DNA from: Octopus sinensis
Lineage: Eukaryota
Assembly (NCBI RefSeq): GCF_006345805.1
Contig: NC_043006.1
Coordinates: 58,528,001-58,592,000 of the forward strand
Reading direction: 5' to 3'
Length of the DNA stretch: 64,000 bases
Under the pieces are notes generated by a model, which had not been told where the DNA came from, ran no database searches, and worked only from the letters and a program-made list of their open reading frames with translations. Positions 61,790-64,000 of the stretch are shown here, piece by piece. Positions within the stretch are counted from its first letter, which is position 1, and each line of letters starts with the position of its first letter. The translations under genes were made by a program, and so were the position numbers.

Positions 61790-63835
61790 TGCCAGGAAGG
61801 AACGTCAGACTGCTGAACGGGAATACAAGTTGCATAAATCAGACACCAACAGGAAAAAGCAGAATAAATCTTCCAACCATCTCAAGCAAGTGACAAAAAA
61901 AGCAGTGCTTGAATTTGAACAGTGCATAGCAGCCAATCCTGACAGCAAGGTTTTCTGGAAATATGTGCATTCGAAGCAGAGACCTCACTCTCCAGTGGGC
62001 CCTCTTTGCAACCCTCACACAAGCCAGATCACTGACGATCCCAAGGAATGCGCAGAACTCATTGCCGAGTGCTATGCAAGCATATTCACTGTTGAAAATC
62101 AAAATGTACCATCTTCACCATCTCTAACAGCAAATTCCATAACAACCATAGAATTTACACCTGCAATGCTGCGACGTCACTTCAAAATAAGCGCAACTAT
62201 GCCTCCCCTGGTCTTGATGGCATTACATACCTGCTTCTCAAACGTGGCAGGTACTTCCTTTTACACCAGCTTTCTATTTTTTTCCAGTACTGTCTCAACA
62301 ATGGTGCTACTCCGGAGCAGTGGAAAACTGCCAGGGTCATTCCTCTGTTCAAAAAGGGCGAACGCACATCACCTGTCAACTATCGCCCAGTCAGTCTCAC
62401 TAGCCGTATTGCAAAACTGATGGAATCGTGTGTCAGAGAAACACTTTGGAACTTCTGGAGCTCTCACAGTCTCATCCGACCCTCACAGTATGGATTTGTC
62501 CCTAACTCCAGCTGCAGTGATCAGCTTGTCGAGTTCCTTGAGGACATTACTCAGATCACTGACAGTGGCTCATGGGTGGATGTTGTCTACCTTGACTTTG
62601 CTAAGGCTTTTAATTCTGTGCCACACAAAAGGCTTATGATGAAACTCTCTGCAATGGGTGTGAGGGATGATCTTTTTAACTGGTTGAAATCCTTCATTCT
62701 CAGCCGAAAGGAGGTAGTCACAGTTCTAGGACAGCATTCTACACCATATGAGATGTCATCGGGTGTACCACAGGGATCTGTTCTTGGTCCCCTCTTGTTT
62801 GTGGCATACATTAATGACATAGATGCCAATTTAAAGAATGCCACAGTATTGAAATATGCAGACGACATCAAGCTGTACCTTGAAATCAAGAGGACAGATC
62901 CTGATGTCTACAACTCTTTCCTGCAATCAGACCTGGACACAATGCAGCAATGGATCACAGACTGGTAACTGAAACTGGCTGTGGACAAGTGTACCACCAT
63001 GCATTTTGAGAGAAAAACCCTGCGTCCACATACCCCCTCCGCAACACTGATATCAAGAAATCCTCTTGCGAGCGTGACCTAGGCATCACTGTCAGCAGTG
63101 ATTTGCATTGGACAAAGCATATCTCTAAAATTGTCAAGAAGGCCAAGGGTGTCTTGGCATCACTCAGCAAGACTTTTGTTAGCAGCTCTCCAGTCATCTA
63201 TTTAAAGCTGTATACAGCTATGGTACGACCACACTTGGAATTCGCATCATCAGTTTGGAACCCCTATCTTGCTCAGAACATTGACCTCCTGGAATCTGTC
63301 CAGAGACGTGCAACCAAACGCATACCTTCCATCAGACACCTACCATACTCTGAGTGCCTTGTTTCCCTGGGCATGGATTCACTGAAGCTCCGGCGTCTGG
63401 CGATGGACTTGGTAAACACCCACAAAGTTATCAACCACCTCACCAACAACAACACTGAACACCTTTTTGATCTCCATGTGTCCAACACACGTGGACATGC
63501 CTACAAAGTCAGAAAACAGCACAGCTCCCATGACTTTCGGAAACATTTTTTCACGCTCAGAGTTGCTGAAGCATGGAACAAACTGCCTGCATCAGTTGTT
63601 GACTGCCATGACACTGCATCCTTTAAGGCCCTCATGCTTTCCAAAATCCGCCGAAACTACACCTGATTGTCCCCCTTCCATACTCATACACATATGTGTA
63701 TGTCATGACTCATGCACTGTTCTTTTCCTGACGCTTGTACATTACCTTATGTATTATACATACACTTTAGATGAGTTGTAGTGCACCTGAGCACTGTACA
63801 CAATGTTTTATCATTATATTATTATTATATTATAA
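61790..63835 (+). mobile_element. CR1-clade LINE, 5'-truncated, RT domain through 3' tail
   Basis: NYRPVSLT, QYGF, VYLDFAKAFNSVPH, GVPQGSVLGPLLF, YADD and RPHLEFASSVWNP, with frameshifts; (TTA)n tail. Confidence 0.93.
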
Positions 63836-64000
63836 GCTTTTTTGTATAGTTCTCAGCATTCATACCAGCAAATTTATGACAGTCAACTGTCATACTTAGA
63901 TAAGCTCTATTCTTTTATTCAACCACTTAGGTTAAATTCAGTTCAACATAGATAAACATATTCACCCTGTTTTGTTCTCCAGCCTACATACAGCTTGAAC

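Overview
AT-rich eukaryotic (animal) genomic DNA, saturated with microsatellites and SINEs. The repeat repertoire suggests an octopus-like cephalopod, which is an inference. I can support one host gene: a 3-exon MIP-family aquaporin on the + strand (15482-16102, 51372-51452, 56299-56496; 299 aa) with a 35,269-bp first intron. It has classical AQP4-type architecture but an atypical ar/R filter (S80/L204/G213/R219 instead of F/H/A/R) and an NPC second motif. The rest is degenerate mobile DNA: mariner, pogo and Tc1 transposons, hAT and pogo-type MITEs, Helitron-like elements, two Gypsy remnants, CR1/Tx1/RTE LINE pieces and several tRNA-derived SINE families. The most unusual signals are several minimal type I hammerhead-ribozyme motifs found by eye. 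One sits at the tip of a long imperfect stem inside a 357-nt unit with 32-bp terminal redundancy (retrozyme/Penelope-like). Another lies in sense orientation in the aquaporin intron. No CRISPR, rRNA or true tRNA genes were seen. SINE boundaries are approximate.
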